In this document: positions 30,717 to 39,492 of the stretch, one piece after another
Layout of the letters: each line of letters opens with the position of its first letter
Position numbering within the stretch: the stretch's first letter is position 1
Origin: Nitrospirota bacterium
GTDB taxonomy: Bacteria; Nitrospirota; UBA9217
DNA length: 64,000 nucleotides
Assembly (NCBI GenBank): GCA_963737155.1
Contig: CAVTRN010000002.1
Coordinates: 2,688,001 to 2,752,000, forward strand
Direction: 5' to 3'
Made by a program: the position numbers and the translations under genes
The notes under the pieces: model-generated
What the model was told of the DNA's origin: nothing
Seen by the model: only the letters and a program-made list of their open reading frames with translations
Database searches by the model: none

Positions 30717-30846
30717 CTGGTGCGCGACAAAACATTTGTCGGTCAGCAAAGGACCCTGATGGTCGCTTGTGCGTCAGTAATTTTCTAATGGTCCGTGGTA
30801 ATGGCTACCGCGTTAATCGCACTTCTCGATGCAGGTTACAGAGACG

Positions 30847-30890
30847 ATAATACTTATCCAATGTTACAGGGGAATACAGTTCAATGATTG
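30847..30890 (-). promoter_or_regulatory. Pho-box-like array + -10 (copy A, one spacer 1 bp short)
   Basis: CAATCAT-tgaa-CTGTATT-ccc-CTGTAAC, 10 bp, TATTAT. Confidence 0.55.
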
Positions 30891-31240
30891 TTTAGCGATT
30901 TTTAAATAACCTCTCTGCCGCTCTTCTCAATCCTTTCCACGAACAATGTCCTTTCAATTCAGGCCGGTGCATCCTTTGCATGTCTTTGGCCATGGACTTC
31001 ACTATTTTAAGGTTAGATATGAATCATATCCTTGGTAAGGCGCCCTATCGCCTGCATGACAATTTTTGATAAATGCTACTGAGCGAACTATCGTGTCTTC
31101 CTATGCAAGCTGCTAAGGTACTCGGCATAAGAGTTGTCGTCAATAAAGAACCATGATAGTCGCCTGTTTCATTAACATTCACAACATCCGCGTATTGACT
31201 GCCGCCTAACATAAGCTTCTTGATCTAGCTTACATAACAG

Positions 31241-31296
31241 AGAGTACATGTCCAATGTTACACTATAATTACAATTCAATGATTCTTGTGTTAATG
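31241..31296 (-). promoter_or_regulatory. Pho-box-like array + -10 (copy B)
   Basis: CATTAAC-acaa-GAATCAT-tgaa-TTGTAAT-tata-GTGTAAC, 10 bp, TACTCT. Confidence 0.65.
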
Positions 31297-31483
31297 ATCA
31301 TCAATTTTTTTCTGGTACTTTCTAACGACTCCATATAAAATATCACGATAATTCATATCGATTCGCTCTTTACACAGTCTTTCAACAAAAGAAGCTTCCG
31401 CATTTAAAGGTAAAGTCGAAATTATTTCCTCAGCGGATCTATTTGCCTGCACAATTTTCTTTTGACCGGTCCTGAGGTACGAA

Positions 31484-32710
31484 CTATTGTGTCTTCCTGT
31501 TAAGGTTGGCCAGGTAATTCGCTGTAAATATATACTCCAAGAAATATATTTTGTTATCCCTATGAAGCGCTGAAGATTGTTTGTTAATGTATTCCTGCAG
31601 CTCATCAAGGAAATTATTTTCATCGACCCCGTCATCTAGTTTTATTGGCGGTGAAACTACAAGCGGATAGTCAAGGAATTCCCGGCCCGTATCTATGGCC
31701 AGTCTTACGTCCCATGTCCCTTCATTCGGCAGCACGGTCATGACGATTCCTTTTTCGCTCACTTCTTTCGAGATTAGTATTCCATTGGCCAAAGCAATCC
31801 CGATAGGATACGATTCTTCCTTCTGAACTTCCATTCTGATCGTGACTGGCGTTTTCCCATCGGAGATGGCGATTGCCGGCTCCTGCGCAGATCTGTCACC
31901 GTCTCTCCGCTTGAACAGAGCAGCAAATGTTTTCAGCCCTTTCCGCCCCTCGAATTTTTTGAACCGCTGCAGTACACTGGTTTCATCATAGATGATAGAT
32001 GCCGTCTCCTCTTTATGAATCTTCTGGTCAGTGCCTGCCGGTGACGTCATCCCTGCTTGGGCAGATAGAGTATTAGTCATATTGTTTGAATCCGACACAA
32101 TTGTTTGAGTCACCTTCGGGGCTGTTTCGCCCACTTCTATTGCGGAAGATGCAACTGAGGGCCCATTTTCAGATCCGTTCACGGATCCATCCCCGGTGTT
32201 GTCCGAAGACGAAGTGGAATCCGAATCAAGCTGCGAAGGCTGAGGAGCCATACTAGTGGCATTTGCAGATACAGTATAGATGCCTCCCGCCGTATCAGTC
32301 TTTGTTTGGAAGTTCAAAACGATCTGAAGGATGCCATTTGCAACTGGCCGACTTATGCTGGCTACCAGGTTACCTGGCGAATCAGAATTTACCTGCGATA
32401 GATTTCCTCCTGTTATCTGCATGGTGGGATTCTCTAGCAGCGAGGAATCGTAGGCAATCTCGATGTCCAAGGACTGCACGCCATTAACATTTTCTCCCAC
32501 TAAAACAAAACTTCCATTACCATTCGGTAGGATGCTCATATTCACAGGATCGGCGAAGGAAAATGCCGGGCAGTTCATGGCAAACAGCAAACCTACTAAA
32601 CACAATTTTATCAATCTGCGCCGTAAGACTTTCTTCTCGACAGCGCACGGATTTAACGCGGTACTCGCAAAACAGTCAAATACGTACTTCTTTGAAAAAT
32701 AAGTATTCAT
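31484..32710 (-). CDS. Secreted protein with cohesin-like N-terminal domain
   Basis: Hydrophobic signal; GENVNGVQSLDIEIAYDSSLLENP cohesin-like pattern; Ser/Thr linker; C-terminal QEPAIAISDGKT..YIFTANYL. True start may lie downstream of 32710. Confidence 0.65.
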   Translation of the reverse strand: MNTYFSKKYVFDCFASTALNPCAVEKKVLRRRLIKLCLVGLLFAMNCPAFSFADPVNMSILPNGNGSFVLVGENVNGVQSLDIEIAYDSSLLENPTMQITGGNLSQVNSDSPGNLVASISRPVANGILQIVLNFQTKTDTAGGIYTVSANATSMAPQPSQLDSDSTSSSDNTGDGSVNGSENGPSVASSAIEVGETAPKVTQTIVSDSNNMTNTLSAQAGMTSPAGTDQKIHKEETASIIYDETSVLQRFKKFEGRKGLKTFAALFKRRDGDRSAQEPAIAISDGKTPVTIRMEVQKEESYPIGIALANGILISKEVSEKGIVMTVLPNEGTWDVRLAIDTGREFLDYPLVVSPPIKLDDGVDENNFLDELQEYINKQSSALHRDNKIYFLEYIFTANYLANLNRKTQ

Positions 32711-33013
32711 ATGCTCACCTATGCAAAATCATAAGCAAAGATAGTTAATATCACTCTGTCCAAAATAGGTTTTATCTTGGACAGCATTTTCATGACTGGC
32801 CAGCAGCCCTACAAACAAGATTATTCCAAAACGTGAGAAAAGCAGCTATGAGCGGCCTTTCGAAAAGCCTCTGATAGGATAATCGGAGTAGTCTTCGAAT
32901 TCTGGCGTCTTGATAGCATATAGCGCCCGCGACGTCGGGACTTACGGCTTTTCCACGGTCATCGTTAGGACCTTAAGGACACCCTTAGGAAAACCAAGGG
33001 ATGGACATATAAC

Positions 33014-33069
33014 TTTTTAACTGCATATTGTTACAGCTCTATGAAAAATAAGTGACAATTTCATGAATT
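33014..33069 (-). promoter_or_regulatory. Pho-box-like array + -10 upstream of the cohesin-like gene
   Basis: AATTCAT-gaaa-TTGTCAC-ttat-TTTTCAT-agag-CTGTAAC, 10 bp, TAAAAA. Confidence 0.7.
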
Positions 33070-33169
33070 TTTAATCTCATCGCTCATGAGTCCGTTACAC
33101 CATTTTCAAGATAGCACCTGAAAACACATCCCGGAATAATGTTATCGGCCTGGTGAACACGCGGCTTGA

Positions 33170-33600
33170 GTAGATGGCTTTTTTTCTCTATCTCTACTGT
33201 TTGTTGTCAAAGTCCAACGTGAAGTCGATGCGTTCATGCCACCGAAGCTGACAATGATTGAGAGTCGATGATAAGCCTCACTTGGCCGTCTATCCTTCTG
33301 CGGAGTCCGCAATGCTCCGAAGCCAGTCCACGACGGAGTCCGGGGTGGGTTTCTCGTCGTGTTCCACAAGTTTTAAAGGGGGCCTTCCTGAATGAGTTTC
33401 CGGATGTCCAGATGGTGACCTTCACTTGTTGCAGAAGAATCAAACATCTACGAATGCAGACGCGCATTGCTCCCGACTTTATTGTCGGGACGAGGCACGT
33501 TGTTGTCAGCCAACGCGCGCAGGCCAAACACGGTGATTGAATAACCGAGTCGGACCGCCCCCTGGGCAAGGATAGTGTGTAAATCCCTCACCTTTTTTGT
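33170..33600 (-). pseudogene. Decayed IS1380-like transposase fragment
   Basis: Interrupted frames give GLRALADNNVPRP, LLKLVEHDEKPTPDSVVDWLRSIA and RIDFTLDFD, resembling IS1380 P.PDT..DWLR and TLD.D motifs; several stops. Confidence 0.5.
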
Positions 33601-33630
33601 ATCGTGAAACGAAAAAAAACGTTTAGCTCA

Positions 33631-34671
33631 TCATGATCCTACCTTGTTGGTTATTGCATTTGCTTGGTGGAGAATCATGAAAATAAACAACAGAAAAGGG
33701 AACACGTATTGACCGACAACGAGGAGTGTCAAATCCACCCTGCTGACGGCCGTAAAATTGAAGTAAGCTATCAAGACATTATCAATTCTGTGAAAAAGAT
33801 GGATAGCAAAAAGGAGCATCAGCCCGGCAATGAGTCCCTTGATTTTCATTGCCCATGACGTTGAACGAATGGCGAGAACAAGTGATGTAAAGGTAACAAT
33901 GCTGAAGGTTTCATAGTAGATAACGGTATCATGCGCCAGGCCTACGCGGTGATTAAATAGAGAAAAGGCCAGGACCATGAACCAATCCAAAAACCGGATG
34001 TACCAATGGTGGACTTTCATCCATACAAGAAACACACATCCTGATATGAGCACAAAGCGGGCAAAAAAAACCGCCGCTTTCATGGGCATGTTCTGTTTCG
34101 ACCCTTCCCTATCGATCCATTTCAGCCACAGGACGCAAACCAAAATTACCAAAAACACGGTGAATACCTGTCCCAGATACACATGAAACACATTAAATAA
34201 CCTCCGGTCGTATCGGCTGACCGTGAATGTAAGTGTAAGCCGGACTAGATTGCCAAGATACAATGCGGGGATGCCTATTGCAAGGCCTGCTGCCTTCTGG
34301 CGCACTGATGCAGGCTGGAAGATGACAAAACTGAGGAAGAGGCCTGTCGTGAAAAGTGGTGTGCACTCCGGGATTATCTTGAACGCCAATTTCCCTTCCG
34401 ATACTATGTCGTTATTAGCAGAAACAGGAATTCCAAACGCATTAAGGACCATGCCCAGGGTTGCGGCAATGTTCTCGTTGATTGGTTGCGTGAATGACGG
34501 CGGCAGTGCTTGAATGATGGCGTAGAATGCAATACAGAAAATGGTGAAAGCTGCGGCAATGCGAAAACGGCCCAATCGGACTATGTCCGATGTAAAGGGT
34601 CTGAATGCAGTTCCCTGTTCGGCGCCTGCCTGTTTTTTATCGCGTTGATATTTTGATTTATGTTTTGCCAT
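33631..34671 (-). CDS. Exosortase H-like transpeptidase with C-terminal membrane extension
   Basis: Catalytic Cys-Arg-His contexts IIPECTP, GNLVRL, FHVYLGQV; multi-TM; adjacent to an IPTL-CTERM-like substrate. Confidence 0.82.
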   Translation of the reverse strand: MAKHKSKYQRDKKQAGAEQGTAFRPFTSDIVRLGRFRIAAAFTIFCIAFYAIIQALPPSFTQPINENIAATLGMVLNAFGIPVSANNDIVSEGKLAFKIIPECTPLFTTGLFLSFVIFQPASVRQKAAGLAIGIPALYLGNLVRLTLTFTVSRYDRRLFNVFHVYLGQVFTVFLVILVCVLWLKWIDREGSKQNMPMKAAVFFARFVLISGCVFLVWMKVHHWYIRFLDWFMVLAFSLFNHRVGLAHDTVIYYETFSIVTFTSLVLAIRSTSWAMKIKGLIAGLMLLFAIHLFHRIDNVLIAYFNFTAVSRVDLTLLVVGQYVFPFLLFIFMILHQANAITNKVGS

Positions 34672-34700
34672 GCTTTACTGTATCAGCAGCTTGTTCATCT

Positions 34701-37379
34701 TCATTGCTTCCTGCGTTTCCGCGATATATAGCCTCCCAATACTGCCGCTGTCGCTATTATCCCCCATATCCCGAGAGCCGGGGCCGCCTCCGCCTGGGCG
34801 AAGGTTGCCACGATTGCGTGGACTTCCGTAACGCTTGCGATTGTGTACGTGTAACTGCCGGTGCCCGTCGGTACAGCGTTTACGGCCGTACCATTGTCAG
34901 TCAGCCCCTCCAAAGTGAAGCTGATGGCCGGGTTGATAGTGAAGGTAACAGGTGAGCTGTATTCAATGACTGCGTTCGCCGGTGTTATGCTGCCATTGTT
35001 GCCGCTGCTGACGGAAGCGGTAACATCATAAGTGTTTAAAGCGAAGGTTGCGACTACCGTATGAGCAGCGGTGATATTTGTAATAGTGTAATTGCCGCTT
35101 ATGACGTCGGCGGTGACATTTGTGCCGTTATCAATCAGGGCGGCCAGGTGGTAACCGACGGCCGGAGTGATGGTTAAAACTGCATTGCCACCGGAAACGA
35201 CCATAGCAGTGCCCGGGGAAATGGCTCCGCCAATGCTATTTGTGACTGACGATGTTATACTAAATGTCTGGAGTATCGTGAGAGTTACTGTTGCAGTTTG
35301 CGTAATTCCGCCACCAATGCCGGTAACGGTAACGGGGAATGTGCCCGCAACGGACGATGCAACGGCATTGATCGTTAGAATGGAGCTGCCGGAACCCGGA
35401 GCCGAGATTGAGGCTGGGCTGAAAGACGCCGTCGCGCCCGACGGAAGTCCAGATGCAGAAAGCGTAACAGTATTGCTAAAATTGCCTGAGGTGGTCGAAC
35501 TTATGGTAGTTACGACCATTGAGCCCTGAGGAACAGACACAAAGACGGGCGAGACCGATAGGGCGAAGGCCGGGGTCCAGTTCGTCACAAGTGAGTTCGC
35601 GTCCACCGAGCCAAGTCCCGTAGCCTGGTCAAAGCCTGTTGTACAGGAATAGCCTGTCACACCAGGTACACTATTTCCGCCCGAGGTGATGTCATGGAAT
35701 ACCGAAACACCTCCTGCGCCGTATTGCGAATTGCCCAGCTGGTAAAATCGGGGATTGGCGTTTCCCTGTCGCTGTCCTGTATTCTGCACGATAAGCGCCA
35801 TGAGACCGGCAAAGGACGGTGAGGAAGCCGACGTTCCGCCTATGGCATAGAGTGCGCCCTGTGTCTCGACAAGATAAGCATCATGGACAGCCGAGCTCAG
35901 ACAAACGTCTGGTACGTCGCGCTTGCCGTCAACGGGGACGCCGGGTGAAATCTGCCAGGAAGGTTTGGCGTATAACGTTGAAGCACCTCCTCCCGTCGCC
36001 CACAGTCCGGAGCCGCCCGCCACATCGCCGCTTTCGTTCCAGGCCGTTTCGGGTATATAACTGATCGCCGAGGTGTATCCGCTCCCCCCATTTTTTGTAT
36101 TCCAATAGCTGCCGGACCCTTCATTGAATTCCGTCCCTCCCACCGCTACATTGTACGGTGTGGAAGCGAGACCATTGACCGCGCGATTTGAGCCCGTAGT
36201 GTCGGTGGGGGAATCGCAGTCCGCTGCACCGGCGTCGCCGGAAGAAACAAAGGAGGTAATGCCCTGCGAGGCGGCCTGTCGCCAAAGATTGTTGTAAAAA
36301 GTGTTTTCTGCTGATCCCAGATCCGATTCGCATGAGCCGAAACTTGTACTCATGACTGCGGCCAGATTGTTGTTCACTATATACTGGGCCGACAGGTCCA
36401 CGCCGTCCGTAGCGCCGGTAGATTTCGAAGTGACAAACAGAATCGCGGCATTTATTGCCACTGCTCCCGACCATTCGACATCAAGATCAGCTTCATTGTC
36501 TTCTGTCCCGCCGAGATCGCCGGGATCAGTTCCGTTCACAATCACCTGGGGAGGGTTTGCAGGCAGCCCCATGATGCTGCGGAAGGTCGTCCAGTCGGAA
36601 GTGGATGGGTGGGTGCGGCCCACAATCGCAATGCTTTGGCCACTGCCATTTATTCCTGAGCCATAAAGAGGATTAAGGTCATAGATGATCGCGAAATCAC
36701 TAGGTGATAAATAATGGATCGAGCCTGCGGTGTAATACGGAAGAATACTATCCTGAGTTGCCGAGCTCATGGCATGGTGCATCATCTTGCGCGGAAAGTT
36801 GTGCAGGGAGACAATACCCGCTACTAAATCCGAAAGCCCCCGCGGTATCGACGGGTCCTGAGCGTTCGCATGGTACATGTGTCCGTTGACATAATAGTTG
36901 TGTATTCGCGTATGAAATGCGCGCTCAACGTCGGCCACCGTTCCGGAGAAATTGACCCACGCGCCGCTTTTAGCAACTTCATTTATCATGAATCCATGGG
37001 ATGTGAGCCAGTCGGTTATAGAATGAATATCCTCGGACAAGGGCCCGAATCGTTTGTTAAATTCCTCTGGCGAAAGCCAGCGATGATATTTAGGGGAGGC
37101 CGGATTGTGCAACTCAGCCAGAATCTTGTTCAATTCGGACTGTTTCATAGCATTCAACTGTAACGTGAGAATCATACGCTCCATTGGCATTGATGCATCT
37201 GTTTCTCCCCTGTCGAATTCAGGACGGGCGAGCGGATGCACGTTTCCATGAAGGATTATGGCATCCCTATCATTGATGACACGAGGCGGATGAGCGGATG
37301 CATTTGACGCGGCAAATAGGATTGCCGAGCTCGCGAAAATTATACATGCGAAGAGAAAGCGTTTAACTTCGTATTTCAT
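34701..37379 (-). CDS. S53 (sedolisin/kumamolisin) protease with pro-domain, Ig-like repeats and IPTL-CTERM-like tail
   Basis: Pro-domain YHRWLSPEEF; EADLDVEW, SSGDAG, GKRDVPDV, GGTSASSP; C-terminal APALGIWG + TM + RKRRK. Confidence 0.92.
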   Translation of the reverse strand: MKYEVKRFLFACIIFASSAILFAASNASAHPPRVINDRDAIILHGNVHPLARPEFDRGETDASMPMERMILTLQLNAMKQSELNKILAELHNPASPKYHRWLSPEEFNKRFGPLSEDIHSITDWLTSHGFMINEVAKSGAWVNFSGTVADVERAFHTRIHNYYVNGHMYHANAQDPSIPRGLSDLVAGIVSLHNFPRKMMHHAMSSATQDSILPYYTAGSIHYLSPSDFAIIYDLNPLYGSGINGSGQSIAIVGRTHPSTSDWTTFRSIMGLPANPPQVIVNGTDPGDLGGTEDNEADLDVEWSGAVAINAAILFVTSKSTGATDGVDLSAQYIVNNNLAAVMSTSFGSCESDLGSAENTFYNNLWRQAASQGITSFVSSGDAGAADCDSPTDTTGSNRAVNGLASTPYNVAVGGTEFNEGSGSYWNTKNGGSGYTSAISYIPETAWNESGDVAGGSGLWATGGGASTLYAKPSWQISPGVPVDGKRDVPDVCLSSAVHDAYLVETQGALYAIGGTSASSPSFAGLMALIVQNTGQRQGNANPRFYQLGNSQYGAGGVSVFHDITSGGNSVPGVTGYSCTTGFDQATGLGSVDANSLVTNWTPAFALSVSPVFVSVPQGSMVVTTISSTTSGNFSNTVTLSASGLPSGATASFSPASISAPGSGSSILTINAVASSVAGTFPVTVTGIGGGITQTATVTLTILQTFSITSSVTNSIGGAISPGTAMVVSGGNAVLTITPAVGYHLAALIDNGTNVTADVISGNYTITNITAAHTVVATFALNTYDVTASVSSGNNGSITPANAVIEYSSPVTFTINPAISFTLEGLTDNGTAVNAVPTGTGSYTYTIASVTEVHAIVATFAQAEAAPALGIWGIIATAAVLGGYISRKRRKQ

Positions 37380-37926
37380 CTTTTTCCTCTACATCTGAGA
37401 CTTCTGCTGAGCATCGTAAAGAACGCCCCGCAAATCCTTTTTTTCATGATATAATCCACGCTTGGGCATTGAGCTCGAAACGCGGTCTTTCCGAGGTCCA
37501 TCGCAGCGTAAACCATTCGCGGTATCGCCAATGGTGTCGCCTCCGATATATATATTCCTCAGCAGCACTGTCGATGTCATCCAAATATCCCCAAGGCCGG
37601 AACCGATTTCCGCCGACGATATGGCGGAAATCCACATCGTTCTTGCGTTGCATTCCTCTAAAATCGAGCCTCTGATCGCAGCAATCACGGTATAGATTCC
37701 CGCATCGAACGGACCTGTAAGCCGAGCCATTGGAGGTAAAAAAGGTCGTCAAATCTGGCTGCATTTGTGGTCGCCACCACGTTCTTGAGAGACCCGTTGC
37801 ACATGAAGCACGGGTTCCATGTCTCTGACAAAAAACCAGAAAAAAACTCTCCGGTTTCTGTCCGGGTTTTCCGTGTCCTCAACGGGGCCGGCAAAGCCCA
37901 TGTCAGTCTATTCATTCGTGCTACCC

Positions 37927-37982
37927 ATTAAACGATATATTCGTTGCAATAGTATGAAAATTTCATGAATTTATCGTTAAAA
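37927..37982 (-). promoter_or_regulatory. Pho-box-like array + -10 upstream of the protease/exosortase unit
   Basis: TTTTAAC-gata-AATTCAT-gaaa-TTTTCAT-acta-TTGCAAC, 10 bp, TTTAAT. Confidence 0.6.
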
Positions 37983-38279
37983 ATATTGACGTCAAACTTT
38001 ATTTAGCTTTCTTCCATATTCAGCTTCCATGACACTTACTACCCATTGACAGTCATAACCATTTGAAATTGCAAAACCCAAGCAATTCCCGCGTGAAAAC
38101 CGACGAGTTTGGCAGTATTACAGTTTTTCTTTAACAAGCCGCTGAAAAAATGTTTCTCGTAAGCTGAAAAATCTGCGCTTCAAAAAAATAAAACTTAGAT
38201 AACACGGCAGCAGCACTCTTAAAGATGCCTTATAGACACGATTAAGTTTTTTTATATCGTCCGCCCCGACTTCATTAAG

Positions 38280-38324
38280 ATGTAACGAAATCGTCATATT
38301 TATGTAACAGTCCCGCATTATAGT
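38280..38324 (+). promoter_or_regulatory. Pho-box-like array + -10 for the two-component cluster
   Basis: ATGTAAC-gaaa-TCGTCAT-attt-ATGTAAC, 10 bp, TATAGT. Confidence 0.75.
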
Positions 38325-38362
38325 TCCCGTCATGGCAAAAGCACATAACCGAAGGACTAAGG

Positions 38363-39490
38363 ATGGCAATAGAACGTATTCTAATCGTTGATGACGAACA
38401 GGATGTTGTGGATCTCCTGCGATACAATCTTGAAAAAGCTGGTTACGATACTGTCGCCGCGCTGAGCGGCGAGGAGGCCATAGAAGCCGTACAGTCCTAT
38501 GCGCCAGACGTGATACTTCTAGATATCATGCTCCCGGACATCAGCGGATGGGAGATATGCAAAACCCTGAGAGAAAGCTCGACTGGCAAGGCCCTCCCGA
38601 TTATCATGCTCACGGCCCTTTCCGACGAAGAGGCGCGAATCAAAGGACTCACGCTGGGCGCGAATGACTACCTCGCCAAACCATTTTCACTCGGGGAACT
38701 CCAACTCAAGATTCGGAAATGTCTTGACCAGCAGCAAATGATCAAAACATTAATCGCCAGAGAGCAGGACCATGATACTTCGCTAAGCTACCTCGTCCAC
38801 GAACTGAAAAATTCCCTTTCCATTATTGGAAACTTTTCAGCGCTCGCACTCAGGAAGGACGAAGACACAAAAAAATACCTGAAGACGATTAATGTCGCCT
38901 CTGTTCACGCGGAAAACCTTCTCAACGACACGTCGCTGCTCGCCAGGCTTGAAAAGGAAGGGGCCGCATTCCAAATCGCGCCGATCGATATTTCAGCGGT
39001 CTGCGACGAAGTGGCCGACATGTTCTGCGATGAGGCAAAAAAACGTGAGGTCGGCATCGAAATCATTAACGAGACCCGGTTTATGGTCAAGGGTCACAGA
39101 ACAGCCGTGCGCCAGGTGCTTGTTAACCTCATTTCCAATGCTGTCAAGTACAACCGGCGCGGCGGCAAGGTCTGGATATCCTTCGACGATACGGGCCCCT
39201 GTCTTCAAATCTCGGTTCAGGACGAAGGATGCGGAATATCCCACGAAGAACTCCCCTTCATTTTCGATAAATTCTACCGTGCGGCAGGAAGTGAACGGAT
39301 AAAAGGAGCAGGACTCGGCCTCTATATCGCCAAACTCATAGCGCAGGCCATGGCCGGGGAAATCACGGTCTCCAGCACTATCGGTGTCGGAAGTGTCTTT
39401 ACCGCAACATTCGAACGATACGGCGCAGAGAACTGCGAACAGGGAAACACCGTCACAAGCGAGGCCGTCCGGTCGGCAGGACACAAATAG
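38363..39490 (+). CDS. Hybrid receiver-histidine kinase (OmpR/PhoB-like REC + HisKA + HATPase)
   Basis: ILIVDDE, LLDIMLP, IIMLTA, DYLAKPF; VHELKNSL H-box; NLISNAVKY, DEGCGI, GAGLGL. Confidence 0.9.
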   Translation: MAIERILIVDDEQDVVDLLRYNLEKAGYDTVAALSGEEAIEAVQSYAPDVILLDIMLPDISGWEICKTLRESSTGKALPIIMLTALSDEEARIKGLTLGANDYLAKPFSLGELQLKIRKCLDQQQMIKTLIAREQDHDTSLSYLVHELKNSLSIIGNFSALALRKDEDTKKYLKTINVASVHAENLLNDTSLLARLEKEGAAFQIAPIDISAVCDEVADMFCDEAKKREVGIEIINETRFMVKGHRTAVRQVLVNLISNAVKYNRRGGKVWISFDDTGPCLQISVQDEGCGISHEELPFIFDKFYRAAGSERIKGAGLGLYIAKLIAQAMAGEITVSSTIGVGSVFTATFERYGAENCEQGNTVTSEAVRSAGHK

Positions 39491-39492
39491 GA

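Larger units (their letters stand above)
30719..31500. repeat. Diverged ~395-bp tandem duplication (about 30719-31104 and 31117-31500)
   Basis: Shared blocks at constant ~394-396 offset: TCCAATGTTACA..TTCAATGATT, CGAACTATyGTGTCTTCCT, GCCTGCA, GTCGCyTGT, CTTCTyGAT. Confidence 0.7.

Noticed and set aside
31291-31635. 114-aa minus-strand ORF
   Set aside because: Overlaps the cohesin-like gene out of frame and runs through duplicated non-coding DNA into a Pho box.
37389-37915. Overlapping short ORFs upstream of the S53 protease
   Set aside because: No RBS or motif support that I can identify; may be leader or decayed gene, left uncalled.
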